A stretch of DNA of 64,000 nt. It comes from Gammaproteobacteria bacterium. GTDB lineage: Bacteria > Pseudomonadota > Gammaproteobacteria > CAJXQU01. Both the position numbers and the translations under genes were made by a program. The notes under the pieces were generated by a model. It did not search any database. It was given only the letters and a program-made list of their open reading frames with translations, and had not been told where the DNA came from. The stretch lies in the NCBI GenBank assembly GCA_965238175.1, contig CBDEGZ010000003.1:512001-576000 (forward strand), read 5' to 3'. How positions within the stretch are numbered: position 1 is the stretch's first letter; each line of letters begins with the position of its first letter. Of the stretch, positions 20,952 to 32,090 are shown piece by piece.

Positions 20952-23900
20952 ATGCATGGCATGATTAGCTGGTTCGCACGTAATCAGGTAGCTGCAAACT
21001 TATTGATGGTTGCTATCTTGGCGTTAGGTGCTTGGTCATTATCGAGCCGAATTCCGTTAGAAGTTTTCCCTTCTTTCGAAAACGATATTGTCGATATTAC
21101 AATGAGCTACCGAGGCGCAACGCCGACTGAGGTAGAAGAAACCATCGTAATAAGAATTGAAGAAGCAATTGCGGATCTGGAAGGAATCAAAAAAATCACA
21201 TCATCGGCCAATGAAGGTGTTGGCCAGGTTATGGTTGAAATTGAAAGCAATCTTGAACCACGAGATATGCTCGATGACATCAAGAATCGTGTTGATACGA
21301 TTATTGGTTTTCCTACCGATGTTGAAAAACCTAATTACAAAGTTCAATCACATCTTCGAGAAGTCATCAGCGTTGCCGTTGTTGCAGATCTGCCTGAAAA
21401 AAACCTTCGTAAGCTGGGTGAACAGGTTAGAGATGATATTGCCGCTTTACCAGAAATTTCTTTAGCCGATTTACAAGGTATTCGTGCCTATGAGATGGCG
21501 ATTGAAGTGAGTGAAAATACGCTTGATCGTTATGGCTTAACGTTTGATCAAGTCCTAAAAGCGGTGCAACGTAGTTCACTTGATCAACCTGCTGGTTCAA
21601 TTAAAACAAACGCTGGCGAAATTCTATTACGTACAAAAGGGCAAGCCTACAACGCGGAAGATTTTGCGCAAATTAGCGTCATTAATCGGCAAGATGGTAC
21701 GCGTCTAACGTTGGGAGAAATCGCAACTATCCGAGATGGTTTCGAAGAAGAAACAAAATATACAATCTTCAATGGTCAACCAGCAGTCATGGTCGAAGTC
21801 TTTCGAACCGGTCAGCAAAATGCGATCGAGATCGCAGCAGCAGTGCGTGATTATGTACTGGAAAAAAATGATCAGCTTCCCGAGGGTGTCACACTGCACT
21901 ATTGGCGAGATCGTTCGCAAGTCGTTAAACAACGTTTACAAACCCTGACTAAAAGTGCCTGGCAGGGAGGTCTGTTGGTTTTTTTGTGTTTGACACTTTT
22001 CTTACGTTTCTCGGTTGCTGTTTGGGTTTGTGTGGGCATCCCGATCAGTTTTATGGGCGCATTAGCGATCATGCCGGAAATGGGTATGACATTAAATTTG
22101 ATCAGTTTGTTTGCATTTATTTTAGTGTTGGGGATCGTTGTCGATGACGCGATAATTACTGGCGAGAATATATATTCGCATATAAAAAAAGGTGACCAAA
22201 AAGGACTTGAAGCTGCTATTACTGGCGCGCAAGAAGTCTCTGTCCCAGTAACATTTGGTTTGTTAACGACCTTGGCCGCTTTTTCTCCGCTGCTTATGAT
22301 TGAAGGTGTTCGAGGCGCAATTTTTGCTCAGATCCCAATGATTGTGATCCCTGTTTTATTATTTTCATGGGTAGAGTCAAAATTGATCTTGCCTGCACAT
22401 CTTAGCCATACTCGGATTAAGACTCCTGAAGAAACAAGTTTATTGACACGTCTACAAGAAGTGTTCGCGGATGGTTTGGAACGATTAATGAAGTTTTTTT
22501 ACCAACCATTGCTGAGCTTAACCTTAAGTTATCGCTATCTCACTTTTGCTATTTTTATTGCAGTGTCTTTTGTAATTTTGAGTTTTGTAATAAGTGGCCG
22601 TTACGGCTTTACATTTTTCCCAAAAGTACAGAGCGAAATAGTTCGCGCGACACTTAGAATGCAGGTTGGAACCAGTGAAGAAGTTACGAAAAAGTATGTG
22701 GAGAAAATGAATTCCACCGCAGAAATCCTGCAACAAAAATATACCGATGAGGAAACTGACGATTCAGCGATCAAAAACATCATGACCAGTATTGGCTGGA
22801 CTTCATGGGGAAATCACAGTGGTGGAATAACGAGAGGAAATCCAGAATTAGGGCAAGTAAGTCTGGAGTTAACACCACCAGAAGAACGTACGGTATCACT
22901 CTCGACATTTGAATTTGTTGAAGAATGGCGTAAGGCGATTGGGCCTATTCCTGGCGTTAAAGAACTAAATTTGCGCGCAGAACTAGCCCGTGGTGGATCG
23001 CCTATTGATGTTCAATTGACCGGTGATGATTTCACTGTTCTTAAGAAAGTAATTATGGAAATTCGAGAACGGCTAAGAGAGTATCCGGGTGTCTTCGATA
23101 TTCAAGATTCACTTGAAGATGGCAAAACTGAAATAGAGCTGGCAATTCGACCAGAAGCTGAGTTACTCGCTATTTCATCTTCCGATTTAGGCCGCCAAGT
23201 TCGTTATGCATTTTTTGGTGCTGAAGCGCAGCGTATCCAACGTGGTCGTGATGATGTGCGGGTGATGATTAAATATCCACGCGAGGAGCGCCGTTCTATT
23301 GGTGATCTGGATAAGATGCGGATCAGAACAATTGATGGACAACAAATTCCTATTGGTAATGTGACTGAAATAAAACCAAGGTTAGGGTTTTCTACCATCA
23401 GCCGTGTTGATCGGCACCGCGCGGTAAATGTAACAGCCGACATTGATAAAGAGACGGTCGATCTCAATAAAATAACTGTAGATCTAACAACATTATTAGA
23501 AGAAATTCGACTACGCTATCCTGAGGTTCGGTACACACTTGAAGGCGAGCAACGTGAACAGCGTGAATCTTTTGGAAGTCTTTATTACGGTGGATTATTT
23601 GTTCTTTTCTTTGTCTATGCCCTTTTAGCCATTCCATTGAAATCTTATCTGCAACCGATGGTAGTAATGATTGTGATCCCGTTTAGTCTGGTGGGTGCGA
23701 TTCTCGGACATATGCTACTTGGTATGAGTTTAAGCATCATGAGTGCGATGGGGATACTGGCATTAGCTGGCGTAGTTGTAAACGATTCGCTAGTACTCGT
23801 CGACTGGATAAATCGTCGCAAGGCTGAAGGCGTTAAAATAACCGAGGCCGTAAAAATGGCTGGCAGTGCACGCTTTCGACCAATTTTATTAACCTCTTTG

Positions 23901-24119
23901 ACGACTTTTGCAGGACTTGCTCCCTTGATTTGGGAAAAAAGTACCCAAGCACAATTTTTGATCCCAATGGCGGTATCACTCGGTTTTGGGATTCTCTATG
24001 CAACCTTACTCAGTTTGATTCTTGTGCCGACGGCTTATTTGATCTTGAATGATCTGAAAACACTATTTAGTCGTTCCGATAAAAAGTCTAATGCAGATCT
24101 TGCTCAATTGACTGAATAA
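20952..24119 (+). CDS. RND efflux permease (AcrB/CzcA superfamily)
   Basis: 1055 aa; GIVVDDAII, RFRPILLTSLTT, PMAVSLGFG. Confidence 0.93.
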   Translation: MHGMISWFARNQVAANLLMVAILALGAWSLSSRIPLEVFPSFENDIVDITMSYRGATPTEVEETIVIRIEEAIADLEGIKKITSSANEGVGQVMVEIESNLEPRDMLDDIKNRVDTIIGFPTDVEKPNYKVQSHLREVISVAVVADLPEKNLRKLGEQVRDDIAALPEISLADLQGIRAYEMAIEVSENTLDRYGLTFDQVLKAVQRSSLDQPAGSIKTNAGEILLRTKGQAYNAEDFAQISVINRQDGTRLTLGEIATIRDGFEEETKYTIFNGQPAVMVEVFRTGQQNAIEIAAAVRDYVLEKNDQLPEGVTLHYWRDRSQVVKQRLQTLTKSAWQGGLLVFLCLTLFLRFSVAVWVCVGIPISFMGALAIMPEMGMTLNLISLFAFILVLGIVVDDAIITGENIYSHIKKGDQKGLEAAITGAQEVSVPVTFGLLTTLAAFSPLLMIEGVRGAIFAQIPMIVIPVLLFSWVESKLILPAHLSHTRIKTPEETSLLTRLQEVFADGLERLMKFFYQPLLSLTLSYRYLTFAIFIAVSFVILSFVISGRYGFTFFPKVQSEIVRATLRMQVGTSEEVTKKYVEKMNSTAEILQQKYTDEETDDSAIKNIMTSIGWTSWGNHSGGITRGNPELGQVSLELTPPEERTVSLSTFEFVEEWRKAIGPIPGVKELNLRAELARGGSPIDVQLTGDDFTVLKKVIMEIRERLREYPGVFDIQDSLEDGKTEIELAIRPEAELLAISSSDLGRQVRYAFFGAEAQRIQRGRDDVRVMIKYPREERRSIGDLDKMRIRTIDGQQIPIGNVTEIKPRLGFSTISRVDRHRAVNVTADIDKETVDLNKITVDLTTLLEEIRLRYPEVRYTLEGEQREQRESFGSLYYGGLFVLFFVYALLAIPLKSYLQPMVVMIVIPFSLVGAILGHMLLGMSLSIMSAMGILALAGVVVNDSLVLVDWINRRKAEGVKITEAVKMAGSARFRPILLTSLTTFAGLAPLIWEKSTQAQFLIPMAVSLGFGILYATLLSLILVPTAYLILNDLKTLFSRSDKKSNADLAQLTE

Positions 24120-24145
24120 GAATGAGCTTTAATTTTTAAGCGATA

Positions 24146-24748
24146 TCATTTCAGTGGATTAGACGCCTGACGGATCCCCTCTATGGAGAACTCCAGAAAC
24201 AATTCTTCAGAATGAGGACCAAGTTTGGCCATACCTTTTAGATCGAATTCTGCAGGTTTAATACTGGTTGTGCCATAGAAGCCACGGCGATATCCACCCC
24301 ATGGGTCGCCGCCGTGTCCCATATGTTCTACATCAATGGAGATGTTTTTTGTGACACCGTGCAATGTGAAATCGCCTTTCAAAATTGCTTTTCCATCTCC
24401 GAGTTCTTCAAAAGAAGTCGATTTGAAGGAGGCTTTCGGATAATTTTCTACGTCCAGAAAGTCTTCGCCACGCAGGTGTTTGTCACGCTTGGCATGGTTA
24501 GAATCTAAACTCGCAACATCAATATCAATGTCTATTTTTGCTGCCGAAGGGTTATCTTCGCTATAACTAAAATTACCTGTGAATTGGTTAAACTGGCCAT
24601 ATAGCCAACTGAAGCCAAGATGCTTGATTTTAAACTGGATGAAGGCATGAGTTCCTTCAGTATCAACCACATATTCATCAGCTTGAGCTACATTCATAAC
24701 CGATAAATTCATTAGTCCAGCCAATAAAACGATCATTATTGTACGCAT
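24146..24748 (-). CDS. yceI: YceI lipid/polyisoprenoid-binding periplasmic protein
   Basis: Signal peptide, HAFIQFKIKHLG, RDKHLR, LHGVT, DPWGGYR. Confidence 0.9.
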   Translation of the reverse strand: MRTIMIVLLAGLMNLSVMNVAQADEYVVDTEGTHAFIQFKIKHLGFSWLYGQFNQFTGNFSYSEDNPSAAKIDIDIDVASLDSNHAKRDKHLRGEDFLDVENYPKASFKSTSFEELGDGKAILKGDFTLHGVTKNISIDVEHMGHGGDPWGGYRRGFYGTTSIKPAEFDLKGMAKLGPHSEELFLEFSIEGIRQASNPLK

Positions 24749-24780
24749 AATTCTCCCCTATGATTTTTGTGAATAAAGCA

Positions 24781-25335
24781 TTATAGACCCAGCATACGTT
24801 TTAGAGTTCGGTCTTTATCTATAAAGTGGTGTTTTAACGCAGCAAGTGCATGAAGGCTTGCGAAGATTATTAATGCCCATGCGAGAAATAAATGAATTTC
24901 ACCAGCAAGATCTTCCTGATTACCCAAACTGTTCAGATTTGTGACACTTGCAGGAATATTAAAAAGATCAAATACTACTAAAGGATCACCTTTTGCGGTG
25001 ACGATCAAATAACCGCTGATCGAAATCACGAAAAGTAGAACATTAAGTAAGCCCTGAACTATTCGAGAAGCTATTTTTTCCCAGCCTTTATGAGTCAATA
25101 AATGATCCGGTGGAGAACTGATGTAGCTCCAAAGAATTCGTATGATCAAAATTAAGAAAAGTAAGACGCCGATACCTTCATGTAGCCAAGGTGCTTTTTG
25201 ATACCAGGCATCGTAATAGCCAAGCTCAGTCATCCAAAGACCAAGACTAAACAAACCTATAGCACCCAATGCAATTAGCCAGTGTAAAAAGATAGCAAAA
25301 AAACCGTAGTTCTGTTTAAGATATCGTATACTCAT
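24781..25335 (-). CDS. Cytochrome b561 (YceJ-like)
   Basis: LHW, HEGIG, H...LHALAALKHH heme ligands; adjacent to yceI. Confidence 0.88.
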   Translation of the reverse strand: MSIRYLKQNYGFFAIFLHWLIALGAIGLFSLGLWMTELGYYDAWYQKAPWLHEGIGVLLFLILIIRILWSYISSPPDHLLTHKGWEKIASRIVQGLLNVLLFVISISGYLIVTAKGDPLVVFDLFNIPASVTNLNSLGNQEDLAGEIHLFLAWALIIFASLHALAALKHHFIDKDRTLKRMLGL

Positions 25336-25342
25336 TTCATGA

Positions 25343-26950
25343 CTAGGCTAGCTGATAACGTTTATCAAATGGAATGATAATGCCTTCTTTATCAAACGCT
25401 TCTTTCATCCGCATTCTTAAGTCGCGTTCGACTTCTTCATGACAGCCTGGATTAACTTTGGTTACAGTTCTGATCAAAAGTTCCGGGCCATTAAAATCTT
25501 CGAGGCCATCAATTCGAGTTTGTTCCAAAATATCGGTATTTGCTTCTTGTATCTGTTCACCAATTTCACTCAAAACCTTATACACTTTTTGAATGTCAGA
25601 TTCGTGATCAACACCGACGGTAACAACCGCATTTGAGAAGCTTCGAGAATAGGAAACAACATCGCTCATATCGCCATTTCTGAGAATGAAAAGTTGACCA
25701 TCTCGACCTCGTATTTTTGTTGTTCTTAGGCCAATTGACTCGACTGTACCAACAGTTTCCTGCACTTCGATGTAGTCTCCAACACGTAATGTATTTTCAA
25801 AAATAATAAAGAATCCGGAAATAATATCATTGACTAATGATTGTGCTCCCAAGCCAATAACCATACCTAATATGCCAGCACCAGCAAGTAATGGGATAGG
25901 ATCAAAACCGAGTCCACGCAAGATCAAAACAAAGACGATAAAATAAATTAGCCAGGCAAGAACACTTTTAAAAAGTGGGAAAATGGTTGCATTGCGTTGT
26001 TGTACTTCTTCAGATTCCGTCTCGTCAGAAGAGACTCTATCGATCAATAAATTAACAATCTCAATCACGACACGAGCGATAAAGAATAGTCCAATACCTT
26101 GAATAATTCCTGGCCCGTATTCCGCTAAATGTGAAATGAAACTAAGCTGCGATAGAACCATTGTTGCAACGACTGCGTAGAGAATATATTCGAGAGTCTT
26201 TCTGAGTAATGGGATTAAATGCCGCAAGTTTTTATAAAAATGTAGCTGATTATTTGATTCGGCATAGCGTCTGCTCATGCCATCAAAGGTATCAACAATC
26301 ACTGACATTACGTTCACAAGTAGTAAACCAACGGAGATGATTAAATAAACTTTCAGCGCGATCAGGATATATGAACCAATGATAGGTGGCATGCCAAACA
26401 ATAAATTAGCTGCGTAGAGCACGAGCAACCAGACGACGACTTTTTGGATAGAATTTAATCGGTTAAAAAAGAATGCAACGCTGTCGTCATTGTCATCAAT
26501 TTGATCAAAATTAACTGCCTTGTCGGAAATAAAGTTGATCCCACGATCATTAAAACGAATAAAATATCGGGCGGCAACAATAAGACCGATCACTTTTGCT
26601 ATGCTAATAGCCAGGCCTTTCCAGAAACCGGGTGGAATTTGTTGAATCAGATCGAAAGTGTATGTTTTGAGGTCATTTCCCTGATACCACTGATAGCCGT
26701 TAAAACCAATAATGGCCAGTATTCCGATAAATAATAAAAATCTGAGGATTAGTCTGAAAAGTTTACAAAAGCCTGTAATTCTTTTTTCATGTTGTACAAG
26801 CGAAGATGAGGATTGGGCTCTATTTTGAATGAAACGGATCCCCATGCTTAAAATAAAATACATTATGATCAGCGCAATTATTTCTATTCCAACGACGGCA
26901 GCGTTTTGTAATTGCACATTTCCCAGATCAATATCTTTTAACCAATCCAT
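25343..26950 (-). CDS. MscS-family mechanosensitive channel
   Basis: AGAGILGMVIGLGAQ, GDYIEV, GLRTT. Confidence 0.9.
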   Translation of the reverse strand: MDWLKDIDLGNVQLQNAAVVGIEIIALIIMYFILSMGIRFIQNRAQSSSSLVQHEKRITGFCKLFRLILRFLLFIGILAIIGFNGYQWYQGNDLKTYTFDLIQQIPPGFWKGLAISIAKVIGLIVAARYFIRFNDRGINFISDKAVNFDQIDDNDDSVAFFFNRLNSIQKVVVWLLVLYAANLLFGMPPIIGSYILIALKVYLIISVGLLLVNVMSVIVDTFDGMSRRYAESNNQLHFYKNLRHLIPLLRKTLEYILYAVVATMVLSQLSFISHLAEYGPGIIQGIGLFFIARVVIEIVNLLIDRVSSDETESEEVQQRNATIFPLFKSVLAWLIYFIVFVLILRGLGFDPIPLLAGAGILGMVIGLGAQSLVNDIISGFFIIFENTLRVGDYIEVQETVGTVESIGLRTTKIRGRDGQLFILRNGDMSDVVSYSRSFSNAVVTVGVDHESDIQKVYKVLSEIGEQIQEANTDILEQTRIDGLEDFNGPELLIRTVTKVNPGCHEEVERDLRMRMKEAFDKEGIIIPFDKRYQLA

Positions 26951-27105
26951 AACTCAGTAGCACTCTAACTGACAAATATTTGACAAATGTATCATGGATC
27001 ACCATCAAAGTTTAAAATATGGAAATTCCTTGACTGTGATCAAGGCCTTAATTAACCTGAACAATATTATCAATACATTAGTAAGTACTTCAAAGAGGGA
27101 AGGTT

Positions 27106-27939
27106 ATGCGCTGGAAAAACAGAAGACAAAGTTCAAATGTGGAAGATCGCCGTGGGCAAGGCCGTGGTAAAGGGGTAGCGATTGGCGGTGGCGGCATTGT
27201 GATGGCATTGGTTGCAATTTTCTTACTTGGACAAGATCCAGCGGAAGTATTACAAGATATGACACAGCAGCCACAGCAAACACAAGGACCGTATCAAGCA
27301 AGTGAACAAGAACAACATGTGGCTAACTTTGTCAGTGTTGTACTCGCTGATACTGAAGATACCTGGACGAAAATTTTCCAACAAGCAGGTTATCAATATA
27401 AACCACCAAAGCTGGTTCTGTATTCAGATATGACACCAACCGCCTGTGGAACGGGCCAAGCCGCATCAGGACCTTTTTATTGCCCAGGTGATCAAAAAGT
27501 TTATCTTGATCTAAGTTTTTTAAATGAATTGCAAAAAATGGGTGCAAAAGGTGATTTCTCCGTCGCCTATGTTTTAGCCCATGAAGTAGGTCATCATATA
27601 CAAACCATCACCGGAACTTCAGCCAAAGTAAGACAAGCACAACAACGTGCTTCTAAGGTTGAAGCTAATGGAATACAAGTTCGAATGGAACTACAGGCAG
27701 ATTGTCTCGCAGGTGTTTGGGCAAACCACACGCAACAGCGAACTCAGTTCCTGGAACGTGGTGATGTTGAAGAAGCTATGAGTGCAGCTGCAGCTGTGGG
27801 TGATGATCAGATTATGCGTAAGGCAGGTAGAACCCCTCGCAAAGAAGCATTTACTCACGGCTCATCCAAACAAAGAATGGAATGGTTTAATCGCGGCATT
27901 GAGTCGGGCGATCTGAGTGCTTGTGATACGGGGATTTGA
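27106..27939 (+). CDS. Neutral zinc metallopeptidase (YpfJ-like)
   Basis: SSNVEDRRG, GPFYCPGD, AHEVGHHIQ, ELQADC, FTHGSS. Confidence 0.9.
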   Translation: MRWKNRRQSSNVEDRRGQGRGKGVAIGGGGIVMALVAIFLLGQDPAEVLQDMTQQPQQTQGPYQASEQEQHVANFVSVVLADTEDTWTKIFQQAGYQYKPPKLVLYSDMTPTACGTGQAASGPFYCPGDQKVYLDLSFLNELQKMGAKGDFSVAYVLAHEVGHHIQTITGTSAKVRQAQQRASKVEANGIQVRMELQADCLAGVWANHTQQRTQFLERGDVEEAMSAAAAVGDDQIMRKAGRTPRKEAFTHGSSKQRMEWFNRGIESGDLSACDTGI

Positions 27940-27957
27940 TGTACTGAAATAATAGAA

Positions 27958-28480
27958 TTATTGATTCTCTAATAATTGTATTATTTGTTTAGTCGCGATG
28001 TACTCCCTGAATAGATACACTTTAAGATCAAGTACATTATTGAAATGCTGGGTAGCAAGCTCATTATCCTTGTTTAGCCAGTATTTATAAGCGATATTGA
28101 ATTTGGCTTCAGTTTTTTCACATGAATTTTCTGCGTTCCCTAGTAGAATATTTTCGCTAATTTTATTTAAGCGATAACTTCGTAAATTCTTTTCTCACTC
28201 ATTGAGTTCGAGTGAATCAGTTTTTGATAAAAAAACTTGTTGCTTGCTTCAGTCCCCATTCTCCATGAGATTATGTAGCTGTAGTATAGATAATCATAGA
28301 GTACAGGTTTCTTTTTGTTTTCTATCAATTTTTTCCAATAGATATCAGCTTTTTCCCATTTTCCGGTATTAGATTGTATAGGTAATTCCTATTGACACAA
28401 TATTACAAGCCAACGTAGTAGAGTACTCATGTGGAACATTTGTCGGCGGTTTATCAAAAGACTGAATAAGATGATTTAAG
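27958..28480 (-). pseudogene. Decayed TPR/NlpI-like gene
   Basis: Minus-strand tail EAKFNIAYKYWL...QHFNNVLDLKVYLFREY resembles the NlpI C-terminus; the upstream part has stops and frameshifts. Confidence 0.4.
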
Positions 28481-28525
28481 TAATGGAGAGATATTTTTTG
28501 AATAAAAATTTATGATCAATCTAGA

Positions 28526-28951
28526 TTATTCTGGAGATGTAAATTTTGCGAATAGTTCTTTACCCGTCAGGTTTTCAGTATCATTTGAAAAACAATAGTA
28601 TTCAGGCTTTTCTTCGATAAAAACTTGCAGATCAAAATTAAGATTTTTTTGATCTTCAAATAATCCTACAGGTATCCAGTGCTGTTTAGTTTCTTTTAAG
28701 CGATAAAAAAGGTGACTACCGCATTGTTTGCAAAAACCGCGCTCGGCCCATTCTGAAGAATTAAATACCGCAATATTTTCTTCACTTTCAAATGAAACTT
28801 CGGTTCCGCATCCAACAGACATGAAAGCGCTTCCACCCCATTTCCGACAGGTGTCACAATGACAAGCGCCTATACTTCCGCCCATATTTTCAACACTGAA
28901 CTTTGTTGTGCCACAAAGGCATGTTCCATTTCGATTTATTTTTTCAGTCAT
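28526..28951 (-). CDS. GFA (Mss4-like, Zn-binding) family protein
   Basis: CLCG, CHCDTCRK, RGFCKQCGSHL. Confidence 0.9.
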   Translation of the reverse strand: MTEKINRNGTCLCGTTKFSVENMGGSIGACHCDTCRKWGGSAFMSVGCGTEVSFESEENIAVFNSSEWAERGFCKQCGSHLFYRLKETKQHWIPVGLFEDQKNLNFDLQVFIEEKPEYYCFSNDTENLTGKELFAKFTSPE

Positions 28952-29119
28952 CTTTTTATCTTCCTCTTGTTAGGAGCTGTTGATCTTTGATGCTGATTTT
29001 TTGTTCAACATCACATAGGCAAGCATGTCATTGTGAGCATCCTAAATAACATGTTTATATAATTCCGTTCTAACTTATCATATCTCATTGATCTAGCCCT
29101 GTAATTCTCTAACTCTGGA

Positions 29120-29262
29120 AAATGCATTTCCAGCCAGTGGCGATATAACGTCTAAATTTCTTACTGTCATACCCTTTGTCGGTGATGACATTGTCTAATA
29201 ATGGTGATTTTGCAAGGGGTGCTTCTGCGTACATAATATCGTTGACCTGCACACCAGATATC
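29120..29262 (-). mobile_element. IS5-family transposase fragment
   Basis: Minus strand reads SGVQVND...VITDKGYDSKKFR. Confidence 0.55.
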
Positions 29263-29409
29263 TCAAAATGAATAGATAAGCCAAAACTGTTTACTGATAG
29301 AACAAACTCGAGAAAAAAGATTGGACACGAGTGTTTGAACGCATACAGCGACTCATGAGAGCCCCCTTGTACGCTTATTTTTTTAATCCAATTTGGTGGG
29401 ATTGTTCAG
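29263..29409 (+). mobile_element. IS4 (IS10-group) right-end remnant
   Basis: LEKKDWTRVFERIQRLM followed by GTGGGATTGTTCAG; homologous to 57700-57936. Confidence 0.55.
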
Positions 29410-29544
29410 AAACTAACCTATAGATTACTTTTTTCTTCAAACTTCCGATCATTGAAGTATTGCTAATAAAGCTCAGATAAAGTAGTATGCTGCGATGCAG
29501 CAATTGTCTATATTTTAACATATCAAAAAGGAATCAGTGAAACC

Positions 29545-31728
29545 ATGGTAATTGAAACTGAAAACTACGAAAGCGTAGGAAAACTACAAATTAAAAAAGA
29601 TCTCTTCGAACTTGTAAAAAAAGAGATTGTACCTAAAACAGGGATCGCTAATAAAAATTTCTGGGCATCTCTGGAAAGTATTCTGCACGGATCTATGAAA
29701 AAGAATGCAGATCTATTAAAAAAACGCGATAGCTTACAAAAAAAAATTGATGCCTGGCACATAGAACATAAAGGGGAAAAACATAACCCTGCAACGTACA
29801 AAAAATTCCTCAAACAAATCGGCTATCTGGTCGATGAAATAGAAGACTTTTCAGTCAGCACAGAAAATATTGACAATGAAATTGCAACTATTGCTGGCCC
29901 ACAGCTTGTTGTGCCTCTGGATAATGCCCGCTATGTTTTAAATGCCGTTAACGCGCGTTGGGGTAGTCTTTATGATGCTTCGTATATAACTGACACTATT
30001 ACAGAAGCCAATGGTTGTAAAAAAATAAAAAAATACAATCCCATCCGTGGTGATCGTGTGATCTTGCGTGGCCGAAATCTACTCGACAGACACTTTTCAT
30101 TGGAAAGAGATACACATAAGCATGTGACACAGTATTTTATTAAAAATAATCAACTCTATGTTCACTTTGGAGATGGAAGTGAAACAACATTACTCAAACC
30201 GCAACAATTTGTAGGCTATACCGGTATTCCGGAAAATCCGAAATCAATTATATTAATTCATCATAATTTGCATTTAGAAATTAAATTAGGTGATGGTCTT
30301 TTTATTGGTCGTCATGATCACGCCACGATTTATGATATATATCTCGAATCTGCCATTACAACTATTATGGATTGTGAGGATTCCGTCGCCTCTGTTGATA
30401 CAGAGGATAAACTAACAGTCTATCGTAATTGGTTAGGCTTAATGAAAGGAACTCTGGTACGCACTGTAGTAAAAGATGGGCAAACTCTTAAACGTGCGAT
30501 GGAGCCAGATAAAGAGTTTATCGACACCAATGGAAAACCAGTGTTAATAAAAGGGCGTAGTTTAATGCTGGTTCGTAATGTTGGAAGTCATCTTTATACA
30601 GATATGGTTTTATATGATGGCAAACAAGTTCCTGAAACATTTGTCGATTTAATGGTAACTTCTCTCAGTGCAATACATGATTTAAAAGGAACCTCAAAAC
30701 GTCCTAATAGCTTGAAAGGTTCTGTCTACATTGTGAAACCAAAGATGCATGGTCCGGAAGAAGTTGCATTTGCAAATCATTTATTTGCTCGTGCCGAGGA
30801 AGAATTAAAACTTCCGGCTAATACGTTGAAGATGGGTATTATGGATGAAGAGCGCCGAACTTCAGTGAATTTAAAAGCGTGTATTCATGCTGCTAAAGAA
30901 CGTGTGGTATTTATTAATACAGGATTTTTGGATAGAACCGGTGATGATATTCATACCAATATGGAAGCAGGTCCTATTGTCCCCAAATCTGAATTGAAAC
31001 AGGCAAAATGGTTACAGGCTTATGAAGATTCAAATGTTCAGGTGGGTCTTGATTGTGGGCTCATGAATAAGGCACAGATAGGCAAAGGTATGTGGGCGAT
31101 GCCAGAAGAAATGAACAGCATGATGAAGACAAAGATACAACATTTAAAAGCAGGTGCGAATACATCATGGGTACCTTCTCCTACTGCGGCAACTTTGCAT
31201 GTAATCCACTATCATCGTTTGAATGTTAAAAACAGGCAGCTCGCACTAATGGATATTGCTAAAATACCGGTTGACGATATTCTCAAGATACCTGTTATTG
31301 CTCCCAAGCGTAAACTGACTGTATTGGAAATACGGCACGAACTGGAAAACAATGCACAAGGAATATTAGGTTATGTTTCACGCTGGGTTGGTCAAGGTGT
31401 TGGTTGCTCTAAAGTACCAGATATAAATGATGTTGCTTTAATGGAAGATTGCGCAACATTACGAATATCAAGTCAACACATTGCTAATTGGTTACATCAC
31501 AGTATCGTTAGTAAAGAAGAAGTGATCGATACAATGAAACGCATGGCAGTAATCGTTGATAGGCAAAATCGAGATGACAAAAACTATGAACCTATGTCTA
31601 AAGATTATAGTGCCAGCATTCCATTTCTAGCTGCTGTTGATCTGGTGTTGAAAGGCCGAAAACAAGCCAACGGTTACACTGAATTTATTTTATATAAACG
31701 CCGAACAGAACAAAAAGTTCATGGCTGA
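29545..31728 (+). CDS. glcB: Malate synthase G
   Basis: AGPQLVVP, NARWGSLYD, IMDCEDS, KPKMHGP, MDEERRT, NTGFLDRTGD, WVPSPTAATLH. Confidence 0.95.
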   Translation: MVIETENYESVGKLQIKKDLFELVKKEIVPKTGIANKNFWASLESILHGSMKKNADLLKKRDSLQKKIDAWHIEHKGEKHNPATYKKFLKQIGYLVDEIEDFSVSTENIDNEIATIAGPQLVVPLDNARYVLNAVNARWGSLYDASYITDTITEANGCKKIKKYNPIRGDRVILRGRNLLDRHFSLERDTHKHVTQYFIKNNQLYVHFGDGSETTLLKPQQFVGYTGIPENPKSIILIHHNLHLEIKLGDGLFIGRHDHATIYDIYLESAITTIMDCEDSVASVDTEDKLTVYRNWLGLMKGTLVRTVVKDGQTLKRAMEPDKEFIDTNGKPVLIKGRSLMLVRNVGSHLYTDMVLYDGKQVPETFVDLMVTSLSAIHDLKGTSKRPNSLKGSVYIVKPKMHGPEEVAFANHLFARAEEELKLPANTLKMGIMDEERRTSVNLKACIHAAKERVVFINTGFLDRTGDDIHTNMEAGPIVPKSELKQAKWLQAYEDSNVQVGLDCGLMNKAQIGKGMWAMPEEMNSMMKTKIQHLKAGANTSWVPSPTAATLHVIHYHRLNVKNRQLALMDIAKIPVDDILKIPVIAPKRKLTVLEIRHELENNAQGILGYVSRWVGQGVGCSKVPDINDVALMEDCATLRISSQHIANWLHHSIVSKEEVIDTMKRMAVIVDRQNRDDKNYEPMSKDYSASIPFLAAVDLVLKGRKQANGYTEFILYKRRTEQKVHG

Positions 31729-31739
31729 TTGTGTGCCAT

Positions 31740-32045
31740 ATCTTGACGAAAAACATTGGCATTAATGTCCGATGAGATCATGACGCTCTCTCTAATAGAG
31801 AGCGAAGTGATTTTTTGGTAAATCGCTGGCTAGTTTTGTAAATCCATGTCCAGGAACTCGATTACCCATGCTGTGCCCGATCAAATAAATATCTTTAGCT
31901 GGAATCTTTTCGAACATGATTCTGAGGAAACCTACAAAATGTGTTGTGTTCCACTGCACATTGGTTTCTTCATCACCGGTGTCGCCCATCAAATTATCTT
32001 ATGATGGCCAGCTGTATAGCACCACTGATCTTCCAAACTGTGAGT
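31740..32045 (-). pseudogene. Alpha/beta hydrolase (DUF900-like) fragment
   Basis: YSWPS and LIGHSMGNR motifs in a broken frame. Confidence 0.6.
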
Positions 32046-32090
32046 GTGTTAGTATTTTCTAATTAAAAAAATAACAATAAAGGATAGAAT

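Noticed and set aside
18243-24119. RND operon as the exporter for the RTX protein
   Set aside because: It is an AcrB-type pump with an OprM-like lipoprotein; RTX export needs an HlyB-type ABC transporter.
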